A stretch of 63,959 nucleotides of DNA, the filler included, from Globobulimina sp. (Eukaryota): assembly GCA_003354225.1 (NCBI GenBank). It is 26 parts of 26 records of this genome, joined end to end, with 100 filler letters (N's around TTAATTAATTAA, not from the genome) between each part and the next. Parts side by side here need not be neighbours in the genome. Positions count along the whole stretch, not along the records: positions 9,861 to 12,225 come from PIVH01007125.1; positions 12,326 to 14,690 come from PIVH01007126.1; positions 14,791 to 17,155 come from PIVH01007127.1; positions 17,256 to 19,620 come from PIVH01007128.1; positions 19,721 to 22,084 come from PIVH01007129.1; positions 22,185 to 24,548 come from PIVH01007130.1; 20 more parts are not named here. One strand, given 5' to 3'. Shown one piece after another: positions 11,408-22,280 of this stretch. Position 1 is the stretch's first letter; each line of letters begins with the position of its first letter. The position numbers and the translations under genes are program-made. The notes beneath the pieces are model-generated. The model worked only from the letters and a program-made list of their open reading frames with translations. It did not search any database and was not told the DNA's origin.

Positions 11408-12216
11408 ATGGTGTCTTATGAATCCAAAGTAGATCCATTAGCAGACGGATTAGAGATATCAAAAGTAGTGGATTTAGTGCGTATCGCCGAGACAGCGGAG
11501 AGATATGAGGATATGTGCGTGTTTGTTAAAAAATTGGTGAAATTAAAAGCAGATAAAAATGAAGATTTAGACGTCGATGAACGTAATTTATTATCGGTGG
11601 CATATAAGAATGTGGTGGGTCAAGCACGCAGTTCATGGCGTACATTAAACGCTGGCTTTGATGATTGCGATGTGGATTTAATCAATAAATACAAAAACAT
11701 CATTGAGCGCCAATTAGAGACCATTTGTTTAGAGATTATTGAGTTATTAACCAAAAATTTATGTAAAACGGTGGAAAACAATGGTGATGAGACCGAGGTA
11801 TTTTATTTAAAAATGTGTGGTGATTATTATCGATATATGAGCGAATTTAATGATGATGAGAAATACAAAAAAAGTGCCGAAGAGTTCTATAAAAAAGCTA
11901 TGGATGTCGCTGAGGCCAATGTTAAGTCGTTGTTTTTTCCTTTTTTGCCAACCAAATTATGCATTTTGTGCTTTTTTGATAGTTAAATGAGACTCACCCA
12001 ACGCGATTAGGGCTAGCACTTAATTTCAGTGTATGTTATTATGAAATATTAAAAGAGCCAGAAAAAGCATGCGATTTAGCTAAGAAATCATTTGATGCCG
12101 CGATTGAAAAATTAGATACTTTGAATGATGCATCATATAAAGATTCCACTTTAATCATGCAATTATTAAGAGATAATTTAACATTATGGACTTCGGCCGA
12201 GGAGGAGGATGATTGA
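11408..12216 (+). CDS. 14-3-3 protein (intron 11921-11982)
   Basis: [33 protein letters not shown]; after splicing, [13 protein letters not shown] and [21 protein letters not shown]. Confidence 0.97.
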
Positions 12217-12325
12217 TTTTAATTTNNNNNNNNNNNNNNNNNNNNNNNNNNNNNNNNNNNNNNNNNNNNTTAATTAATTAANNNNNNNNNNNNNNNNNNN
12301 NNNNNNNNNNNNNNNNNNNNNNNNN

Positions 12326-14690
12326 TCACAGCCTTCAATCACTAACACAGCGCCGCTGTTCAAATCACTGAAAACAGAATCATTTCCATTCCCGCTCTTC
12401 AATGAAAATGTAGTCCGATGTAAATGTAACAATTCTGAGCAAGTCAACACTTTCATCGGTTTACCGCATTCGTACGCAATGACCTCAGCCAATGTCGATT
12501 TGCCTACACCGCCGTCACCGGTTATTAATATACACTGTCCCTCCGATTCAAAGCCCCATTGACCAGTCAATACCTTTGACGACTTATGTTTATTTATAAT
12601 ACGATGCAATATGTCATTCTCCCTCGCATTCAATACTATATCTTCTAATTTTTTCGTTGGAATTACGCGCCGATTAAAGCCCGTCAATTGTAACTGTCCA
12701 ACAATTTGTTGTCGACAAGCTTTGCGCAAATCTTTTTGTGTTAATACCATATCTTCTTCTTCTGCATTCTCTGCGCTCTTACTATCCGATTCCTTGTTTT
12801 TTTTATTTCGCAATAAACAATTTTTCAACGCACTCATCACTGCATTCCGTATAAAGCCGCCGGTTAACTCATACTCTGTGGACAATAAATATAAGTCGAC
12901 ATCATCAGACAACTGCACCTGTGCTGGAACATGCTGTCTCCATATTTTCTCCCGTAAATGCACAGACGGCGCAGGGAACTCCACCGCTAATTGTATCCGT
13001 CGATACATTGCTTCATCCAAATCAAAAGGCCGATTGGTTGCCAATAATATGATATCATCATATTGCTCAATTGCGTTCAGTACGACACTCACACTTTTAT
13101 TCCCTCTCAAGTCTCGGCTCTCAAACAGTCCTTCGCATTCATCGAAAAATATGACAGCATTTTGGATCTTTGCTTCGCGAAAAGATAATTTTAACAATTC
13201 CTCCGCTTTATCGCCACCGCCGCCGCTGCTCAATTTTGTATAGTTGATTAGTAATATCTTCCTCTGTAAATAATTTGCGATCGCGTTGGCCATCATGGTC
13301 TTGCCCGTACCACTTATGCCATGGAATAGGATCACCACACCATTGCCAATGTAGTTCGCATTGGTGATGTCAGCGGAGCCCTTATTGAACTTTGCCAGTG
13401 TTTTCCTAAATTGTTCCATGCCTTCCAGTGTATCCAAGATTAACTGCTTGGTCTGTTTGGCCAAAACAACTTGATCCAACACCACATTCGGTGTATATAA
13501 GGAGGAGCCTTCCACCAATGCTCCAAACTCAGTGTCCAAAGCCACGCAGTAATCGACCATTCGGCGGTCAATCTCCAAACAGGAATGCATCAAATCTGAG
13601 TTGTGCAGCAAACGACTTTCATGCACTTTGATAATATTTTCTTTTACCAATGTTGCGGTTTTATAAAAATATTTGCGATGTTTTATTTGCTCCCTTAAAT
13701 CCAAACAATTTGCGCCCAACATCTCACCGACAGTCATTGCGTCCCGGTATCTATTCTGCAGTCCGGCTGCTTTTATAATGTCGACACTGATTATGCAGCC
13801 GATCAATGTCAATATGACCCATTTCTCAAACTCTTCCAAATTGCGTTTGATTACCAATCTCTCCAAACGGGGCAACCATTTACGTTCGTGATTACGTGTC
13901 ACCTCAACGCGTGCGCAGCATTTCTTATATGCACTTTTCTCAGAGGACCGTAACTCTCTGCATAAAAGTCAAAAGAAATACATACATTTGATCAACAAAA
14001 AAGAAGCTAGTGTCATGGTTTAAAAATGCAAAGTTTTTTTAGTTGACAATCTCAACATTTTTGCCATGGCACCGGTCGTAACGTACCTTAAAGTGGTCTT
14101 TTGTGATTTTTTGCTGGTAAACTTATACGAATCTTGCTCTTCCAAATTGGATAAAAACGCTTTTATCCTCAACTCAATCACTTTAAAATGATCTTTCAAA
14201 TAATCCAAATCATCCTCATACGGTGATATCTCATTGATCGATGCATCCTTTTCCTCCAATTCTTTGCTCTCATTATCCTCCTCAACATCCTCCTTAACCT
14301 CCTCCTTATTGTCCTGTGCCAATGTCTTTAACAATGCAAACACATCACCACCGCCATCCTCCTCATCCTCATCCTCTGTAAATCTTATTTTTTTTATTTT
14401 GGATGCTTTTGGTGATACAGCGGAGGGTAAATTAGTGGGCGAGACACCTTCCTCAATTAATAATTCCCCCAATGTGGTATTATCGACAGCGAGGAATTGC
14501 TCCGAGGTCAATTTGCATCCCATAATGGCCGATAATGTTTCTTTACTCATTTTGAAAGTGGTACCACTAAATTCAAAGCACAAGGCATCGTCCGATGCTT
14601 CGAACAGTCCATCTTTCATATGTTTCCTGTTTGGAGCTAGCAAGTTTCACACTTCGAGCGATGACATATTGCCAAGGATGGCCATATTAC
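12326..14690 (-). CDS. Tandem AAA+ ATPase, internal fragment (intron 13958-14086)
   Basis: Walker A GISGTGKT, Walker B IFFDE, SRH ATNRPFDLDEAMYRR, lid LTGGFIRNA. The second module has Walker A GDGGVGKS and a degenerate Walker B (LVIEG). Confidence 0.85.
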
Positions 14691-14790
14691 NNNNNNNNNN
14701 NNNNNNNNNNNNNNNNNNNNNNNNNNNNNNNNNNTTAATTAATTAANNNNNNNNNNNNNNNNNNNNNNNNNNNNNNNNNNNNNNNNNNNN

Positions 14791-15639
14791 CAAACTGCAG
14801 AGATAAAAGAAGAGAAAATGAACGAAGATGATAACACGAATAATAGTAAAGAAGAAGCAGAAGAGACTCAATTTAAAGTGTTTTTAGATAAAGCAAGGGA
14901 ATATTTAAATATTCGTCGACCGAAAAGAAGCAAACAAATAGCGACAAATAAAAATAATAATAACAATGTCAGTGGACAAGTAATGGAAATGAGTATGAAT
15001 ATGGATATGGACGGTAATAATACGGAGGATTCAGAGTATGATCCAATGAACGAGTCGGCGAGTAATCGGCGTGTGGCTTCGAGTCAACATCGTGGCCAAT
15101 TTGAGCGTGAGTATAAAACGAGGAATGTGAATCTGCGAAGGGGCAGAAATAGGATAAGATCTTATGAGTTGAAGTATAATCGCGGCTATTATCACGGCAG
15201 TACATTTACGCGGGTCGGCGATGAGAATTTGAATGGATATCAACAGCAAAGTGATACGGAGAATGAATGTGACGATGAATGGTTGTTAGGCTGGGAAAAG
15301 AATCTATTATTTGATTTTGAGGATATTTCATTTGGTGAGAAGTTAATGATGAAGTATTGGAATGAATTTATACGCGAAAAAAATAAAAATAGAATTTATG
15401 CGTCATTTATGGTACCGGTTAAATTGATTGTGTTTGCACAGACGCACAAAGAAATTATTAGTGACAATAATTTGAAGTTACCCTTCCTTTTTCATTGTAT
15501 TACGTTATGGGAATTTGGTTTCATTGAAGCAAAATGTATACAGGAAGCTATGTGTATTATACACCAATATCAGGAAAATAGGAATGCTCAAAATAATGTC
15601 AACAAAAATAATAATAATGTTTCTAATAATTTACCTTAA
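14791..15639 (+). CDS. VEFS-box protein (SUZ12/EMF2-like PRC2 subunit), probably 5'-partial
   Basis: RGYYHGST...SDTENECDDEWL...LFDFEDISFGEKLMMKYWNEFI...FLFHCITLWEFGFI follows the VEFS-box pattern. Confidence 0.75.
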   Translation, partial: QTAEIKEEKMNEDDNTNNSKEEAEETQFKVFLDKAREYLNIRRPKRSKQIATNKNNNNNVSGQVMEMSMNMDMDGNNTEDSEYDPMNESASNRRVASSQHRGQFEREYKTRNVNLRRGRNRIRSYELKYNRGYYHGSTFTRVGDENLNGYQQQSDTENECDDEWLLGWEKNLLFDFEDISFGEKLMMKYWNEFIREKNKNRIYASFMVPVKLIVFAQTHKEIISDNNLKLPFLFHCITLWEFGFIEAKCIQEAMCIIHQYQENRNAQNNVNKNNNNVSNNLP

Positions 15640-15661
15640 AACTTTTTTTTACCGTAAAATA

Positions 15662-17155
15662 ATGTCAACGACGAACATAATATTGTGTTTACCGCTTATA
15701 CCGGTCGTCATATTAATATCAATTGCGATCTATGCCAACGTTAAACTATACAAATGCGCAGATCAAATGTTTCTGAAAAAGCGCTTTGTTCCATTGAGAT
15801 TGAATAGTGCAATAATATTAGGAATGTGTTTTTCTGCCTTTTTTTATTTGTCTGCGATTTTAGACAGTCACACCAGCAAAATAATCGTGGCAGCATTGTT
15901 TGTTGCATCCTGGTTTCTAACATTTTTATTATTAAATGTTAGGAGTTGGTACGTAATATATTATATTATACGGTGGTTCAGCCGTTATTGTCCACATACT
16001 AAATATATCTGACTGTACACTGTTTCTCTGTTTCTTGTGTTATTGTCAGGACTTTATTTTTTCGATACAAATGGACATACTATTCACTTCAATTGGAATG
16101 GCAAGAAATTATAAATCCATCCTTTGTGAAAGAAAAAAAAGAGCATAACTGGTATATACAAAATAATAATAAATATGGAAACATATCATATATCTATCGA
16201 ATGTTTGGAGTTTTTCATTTTGTTGCATTTCTAATGATTTGTACATTTGCTGCATTTGCGAGTACGCAAGTTTTAATTGTAACGATTGTAACGAATGCAA
16301 TTATGTTCATACCACCAATATGTCACATTATTATCACTTATAACACCCCATCGTTTCATGATTATCATTATATCCATCGGGAATCTACAATGCATTCAAA
16401 ATTATCAGTTGTATTAATGTGTAGTTATGCGGCTACGAGCACGTCACAAACATTTACATCTAATAACATTAATGCGCTTATTTGTGTATTAACGATGCCG
16501 TATATATATTTTTTAATGATTTATGTTTCAACCTTTATGATAATGGCCAAAAATAAGAAAAGTGCATTGAATGAACTGAATAAACAGCGCAGTGCTGATC
16601 AATCTTGTTCAAATGTACAGATTTCTTTGGACGATATATTATCAAATAGCAAAACATTGCATTTATTTATGGTTCACCTCTCTAAAGAGTATGTTTTGTA
16701 TAATTTGGTTAATATGTTGTTTTTAGTTAATATGTACACATAATACTCAGATTTAATATGGAGTGTCTTTTGTCATACTTAGAATTTGATCAATTTCAGG
16801 CATTTGTACTCGGCGAAGTGAATAAAGATGATGCTAAACATGGACACGATGTTAGTTTGGAGTGTCAACCAAATATTAAAACGATGAATCAGTTAAAAAT
16901 TGTGCCAACTTCACAAATAGTACATGACACACACTCGTCATTGCAATTTGATTTAAGCAATATGGATAAACAAATATTGGCAGACACTAAAATGAAAGCA
17001 CATGAATTATATAATAAATATATTTATGATGGTTCTGAATTTGAAATTAATATTTCTGCCACAATGCGATCAACATTGGAAGGGGTTTTATCCGACAAAG
17101 ATAACTTAATGAACAAAATAAATGTGAACATCTCAGATCTGATTGTTTTGTTTGA
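15662..17155 (+). CDS. Multi-TM (7TM-type) RGS protein, 3'-partial (introns 15949-16049, 16689-16750)
   Basis: About 7 hydrophobic helices, then RGS box LDDILSN...FMVHLSKEFNMECLLSYLE...AHELYNKYI...SEFEINIS once spliced. Confidence 0.8.
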
Positions 17156-17902
17156 NNNNNNNNNNNNNNNNNNNNNNNNNNNNNNNNNNNNNNNNNNNNT
17201 TAATTAATTAANNNNNNNNNNNNNNNNNNNNNNNNNNNNNNNNNNNNNNNNNNNNGACAATCTGTCATCGGAATATCATCAAAAAGTATTCGTCGTACAC
17301 CCAATCCATTATAATGCGCCTTTTTGAATTCATATCGCATGGAAACTAGTGCAGGATCTACATTTTTAATTGATGTCTTTAAACATTATGAGGTATTCTT
17401 TTTTTTTTTTTTGATCATCTTTTAAACAACGTAGAAGGGCCTTAACCAGCAAAGTATGAAATATAATAAGCAGGACAGGATCATGTGTATTAAATGTGTT
17501 TGCTTTTTAATGCGCCGTATGGCTCCGTTGCGAGAGTGGCGCCATATAAATAACTCAACGCACAGACACCAGTACCTCCTTTGTGCATCATCACAATAAG
17601 GTTGTGTGGAAATCTGGTTATTAATGACGTATTCACAAGAGAGTTACAAAAATATATGAAATATTTAATATTAATTTCAAAAAAAGCAATGGATACATGA
17701 AATATTTCTCAATTTCCGAAACTGTGTGGATATGTATTTTGAACACTAGTCATAATTCATAAATTAATATTTGTTTTGTCTTTTTCAAACATTGAGGATC
17801 AAACATATTCAATGGACACTGGATTACCCTGAGCTTTTTTATGACTAATGCAAGAAATTAAATATTACATGCTACAAAACATAGGTGTTTGTTGATGATT
17901 CT

Positions 17903-18383
17903 TTAGCTGCGTTTGTTATTCTTTTGCTGGTAATGGTAAACTGTTGCATGCATTTTTCTTCGTTTGTTTGACAAATAATAATGTGTAGCACACCCATTGT
18001 TTTGTTGTACCATTGAATATGAGTAATCCCATGACTGCATGTTTGTGTATGATTGATTTAAACTTGAGATGGGCAACGTTTCTGTTTTAATCTCACTGTC
18101 GCATGTTGAAACTATGTATGAAACTATGTATTGTCGCAATGATAAGTAATTACAGGGTGATGAATACCCACATTGTACAGTAAGCTCAGCATTGTTATCA
18201 TATAAAGTAGAACCAGCATAAGTGTAATGATATAATAATTTTCCACTACAATTTGTTGAATTGTAAGCATATTTGATATGATGATGGTGGATCATTATAA
18301 CCAACTTTTTCTTGCATGCATAAACCAGGTACGTAATACACATCCGTTGATTCCTGTACATAATTGCAACCTTTTGCCGCCAT
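17903..18383 (-). CDS. Cys/Tyr-rich hypothetical protein, apparently frameshifted
   Basis: Two overlapping ORFs share a Cys/Tyr/Ser-rich extracellular-like composition (YYVPGLC; YNSTNCSG), with a frame switch near 18275. Confidence 0.25.
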
Positions 18384-18520
18384 TATGTTTTGAGCTGAAT
18401 TCGTCGAAAATACGAAATAATTATTTGCGATGAGGCGAAAAAATATTATTTCAAGTGAAATAGTCAGACACTGAGCATGGCGCTTAGATAGGAACAGAGT
18501 ATACAATATAAATAATAGTA

Positions 18521-19620
18521 ATGTCAGAATCAATATACGAATACAAGTATGATATTGTTACCTTGCAATCCTCGTTTTGTAACATACGATACAAAATAGT
18601 CAGATTGAAGATGATGGAGATGACGGAGATAACGAAGCATATGCAAGTCTGTCAACGTCGCACCGTGTAACTGTCAGTACAACCCATCCAAATGATGTAT
18701 CAAGTCGTCTATCGAGTGTTCAACAACTGCCAGAATCATCTCCTACAGCGCCACAACTCGCTGTGGCTTCTGCAGACAATTCATTATCTGATAATTTATT
18801 AGTGCTTGGTACACCCACTAAGCCCGCATCATATGTACCATGGTCACCACGTGCTGCCTCACTATATTTACAAGACAAATTCCAAGCAGGTTCTATTAAG
18901 GGATCTATATTTACATTAATTATATGCATTGTTGGTGCTGGCGCTTTAGCACTTCCATGGGCATTCCGGTATGTTTACCTATATACATTTACAAAAACAT
19001 TTTTATAATTTATATCCTTGCACACGACAACAGAGTATCTGGCTTATTATTAGGCACATTTTTATTGTTCTTAGCGTCTGGTTTAACTTTTTTGTCGTTA
19101 CATTTCTTAGTCTACGCTGGCTTATACGTCAAAGAGAGGCCATCTTACCGTAATTTAGCAGTAAAAGCTGGTGGAAAATGCAAATGTTTGGCGACGTATA
19201 CCAGCCTCAACTTAATGTGCAACTTGTTTGGCACAACAGTGTCATATATGGTTGCTTGTGGTGGGATTTTAGATTTGGTATATTCGGTTGTAATGGACAC
19301 AGACGAGAGCATATATAGATATTTAGTGTATGGTCTGGCAGCATTTGTGATTTTTCCCATAGGATTGATGCGATCAATGAATGCGTTGCGTTATGGATCA
19401 TTAATTGGTATCACATGTTCTGGATATTTGTGTTTAGTTATTATTATAAATTACTTTCGATTATGTGATGATGACTCAATATTTGAAGACAAGCACATTG
19501 AGCGACATTCTTGTTTTTGGAAAAGTCATTTTAAGCTCACTTCTGATGATTTGTTTAAGGTAATCTGGTATTGACTGGTACTGCAGTAAATGCATTGGAA
19601 CGTTTCTATAATCTGTAATC
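18521..19620 (+). CDS. Amino acid transporter (Aa_trans/SLC38-like), 3'-partial
   Basis: GSIFTL..IVGAGALALPWAFRVSG motif, SY..LA..AG, LMRSMNALRYGS. Introns 18547-18599 and 18969-19033 restore the frame. Confidence 0.85.
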
Positions 19621-19913
19621 NNNNNNNNNNNNNNNNNNNNNNNNNNNNNNNNNNNNNNNNNNNNTTAATTAATTAANNNNNNNNNNNNNNNNNNNNNNNN
19701 NNNNNNNNNNNNNNNNNNNNGGATAAAATATATGTAGTCATATGCATATGATCAAACCACCTTAGGCTAACTCGTATGATTTTTTGTGGTGATGACAGAT
19801 GGCAGATGTATGCTCATATATATAGATATGATTAAAATTTCTATGTACAGATATATGTAGTCATATGATCATATATATATATGATCAAAATTTTTATGTA
19901 CAGATATATGTAG

Positions 19914-20324
19914 TCATATGTGCGGAATATGATCATATATATGTTTGAAAGATGTCACATGCAAAACGCCCGGCGACTCTCCAAATATCCACGGGATCTG
20001 ATGGAAGATGTACATTCCCCATTGGATGGCAAACTCACATAACAGAAAATTCAATGCCAACGCACTGAAACCATATTTCCTGTTTTATTATAATAAGATT
20101 TGTACACAGTATTTGCCGATTAAGAAACCAAAACCGATGAACATCATTGCGTGCACGTCTTGCAACATCGAATAAAAATAAAAGGGCTCAGTTCCAAATT
20201 CTTCCTCGTCCGAGCTGCTCAATTTCACGGTGCCGTCATTGTAATCTGAGGATATCGCGTATAAGATTAGCAAAATCAGTTGGAACAATACTGCCACAAA
20301 TGTAAATTCCCAATCTTTTGACAT
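19914..20324 (-). pseudogene. Rhesus-type ammonium transporter N-terminal fragment, disrupted
   Basis: YSMLQDVHAMMFIGFGFL and RKYGFSALALNFLL...IQW are Rh signatures. They are separated by an insert carrying TAA TAA, and similarity is lost after about 19950. Confidence 0.65.
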
Positions 20325-20501
20325 CGTAGCGACTCTTGTTAGATTTATCAGTGCAAACACGCGAGGATTACGTGGTTAGATTTAACTTTAGTTACTAAAA
20401 ACGTTTTTGTTGTTCCTCTCATTTTTATTGTAGAAATTAAAAATTAATATATCACATTAATAAAGATAATAATAGTTATAATACAATTATTACAAACACG
20501 C

Positions 20502-21518
20502 CTATCTATTATTTATTTTACCAAATTGTCGGATTACTGTGGATTGAAGCATTTGTTTTTCAGGCTGCGTGATTTGAGGATGCCAGATATCTAAAATTAA
20601 GACAATTCTTTCATGTTTGCCATAATATTCAACCCCATGAAGATAAGAATCGTCAAAAATAAACGCTTTTCCTTTTTTCCAATATAATTTCTTATCTGCA
20701 ACATATAAATGATTTTGACAATTTTTTGCATCATTTTCATTGATATCCAAGCAAAGTTGAATACGGAAACGTAAATTCGATGAACCATAATGTGGCGCAA
20801 TCACAGTACCATTTTGTATAAGACTAAAAAATACAAAACCAAATACCGTGTTCAATGGTAATTCGTTTACGATTTTTGTAGTCTGTGGACATAACACAGA
20901 CACTTTTTTATTTAAACCCCTTATCCCATACAAATAGCTCCATTCCCAGGTACCGCCATCATTTACTTCCGTTTTACTGTCCGGATGGCTGACGAGTTTA
21001 TCATGGATCGATGAATAATATTCTTGTGCTATTTGCATATAATTTGCTTCTAATTTTTCGATAATTTGTGAGATATTCTTATCATTACAGTCAATGACCG
21101 GTGACGATGCTAAACATTTGAAATTCCATTTTGTGGGCGAAGCTGTTTTATTTGAGGCGGGATCAAATTGGACTGTTTTTTGGTAAAATTGTACAATTTG
21201 ATGATTTTTTTCTGTACCTTTTCCATGCACTGCAAAGGAAGCGTTTACAAACATATATAATAAACCAATATAACTTGATACAAAATTTAATGATAAATCA
21301 TAATAAAATAAATTTGATTTTAAGCGACGCAATTTATTGTTTTGTAATAATAATCTTAATTTGTACCAATCTTTAATATAAATATCAAAATATTTTAAAC
21401 GACTATGCCAAAAACATAGGACACTGAAAATATGTCCATTGCTGCATTTAAATGCTAATATTATTAGGAATAAAATCGGCAATACGGACCATAACCATGA
21501 CACAGCAAATACAGACAT
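20502..21518 (-). CDS. Aspartyl/asparaginyl beta-hydroxylase family 2OG-Fe(II) oxygenase with N-terminal TM
   Basis: IAPHYGSSNLRFR, WKKGKAFIFDDSYLH, RIVLILDIWHP. Both Fe-binding His are present. Confidence 0.85.
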   Translation of the reverse strand: MSVFAVSWLWSVLPILFLIILAFKCSNGHIFSVLCFWHSRLKYFDIYIKDWYKLRLLLQNNKLRRLKSNLFYYDLSLNFVSSYIGLLYMFVNASFAVHGKGTEKNHQIVQFYQKTVQFDPASNKTASPTKWNFKCLASSPVIDCNDKNISQIIEKLEANYMQIAQEYYSSIHDKLVSHPDSKTEVNDGGTWEWSYLYGIRGLNKKVSVLCPQTTKIVNELPLNTVFGFVFFSLIQNGTVIAPHYGSSNLRFRIQLCLDINENDAKNCQNHLYVADKKLYWKKGKAFIFDDSYLHGVEYYGKHERIVLILDIWHPQITQPEKQMLQSTVIRQFGKINNR

Positions 21519-21745
21519 GTTTAGCTTCTAAATTAAATAGCAGAATTCTATCAGATTGCAGAAAGTATTAGCACATAAAAACTTGATTGAAAAACCGCTC
21601 TTTTTTTTTACTTGTTCACAAACGAAAAGATTGTTAAATGACAATATGTACAAAAAAAAACGAGAGAACTATATATTAATTTGCTACAAAAAATTACAAA
21701 AGCAACAACGTGTTGCTAGACAGACAGAACCATATATGGAATATA

Positions 21746-22084
21746 TTAAAATTTCAATTTTGTGACATTGGTTGAAGATTTGCTTGTTTTCGCATCATCA
21801 ATGGCTTTTAATTTAGCCTTTTCACGACGTAACGTATTAGATTTCTGTAACAAATGCATTGTATTTGCTTTACTCGCAATGTTCAAACCTCCAGACCATC
21901 GCTTTAACTTTTTATCATCGACCGGTTGTTGTATTTTCCCGGTTGTTACTGTGGTAGTGATTGATTTTGCACTTTTTTTATGTTTTGCTGTTTTGTTATT
22001 GTTTGCCAATGGCACTGTAGTTGCGTTTCGCATATGATCTAAATCTGACTGCGAAAATGAACTGATAAAATCATCCGGTCCCAT
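21746..22084 (-). CDS. 3' fragment of a hypothetical protein
   Basis: Open frame from the contig edge, 112 codons, basic low-complexity sequence. Confidence 0.3.
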   Translation of the reverse strand: MGPDDFISSFSQSDLDHMRNATTVPLANNNKTAKHKKSAKSITTTVTTGKIQQPVDDKKLKRWSGGLNIASKANTMHLLQKSNTLRREKAKLKAIDDAKTSKSSTNVTKLKF

Positions 22085-22280
22085 NNNNNNNNNNNNNNNN
22101 NNNNNNNNNNNNNNNNNNNNNNNNNNNNTTAATTAATTAANNNNNNNNNNNNNNNNNNNNNNNNNNNNNNNNNNNNNNNNNNNNTATTAAATAGATGTAA
22201 CGAAAGGAACGAACACAAAACTAACATGAAACTAGAGAGTGTTCCACACACAGCGTATTTTTGGCGCTGGCGCGGTAGAC

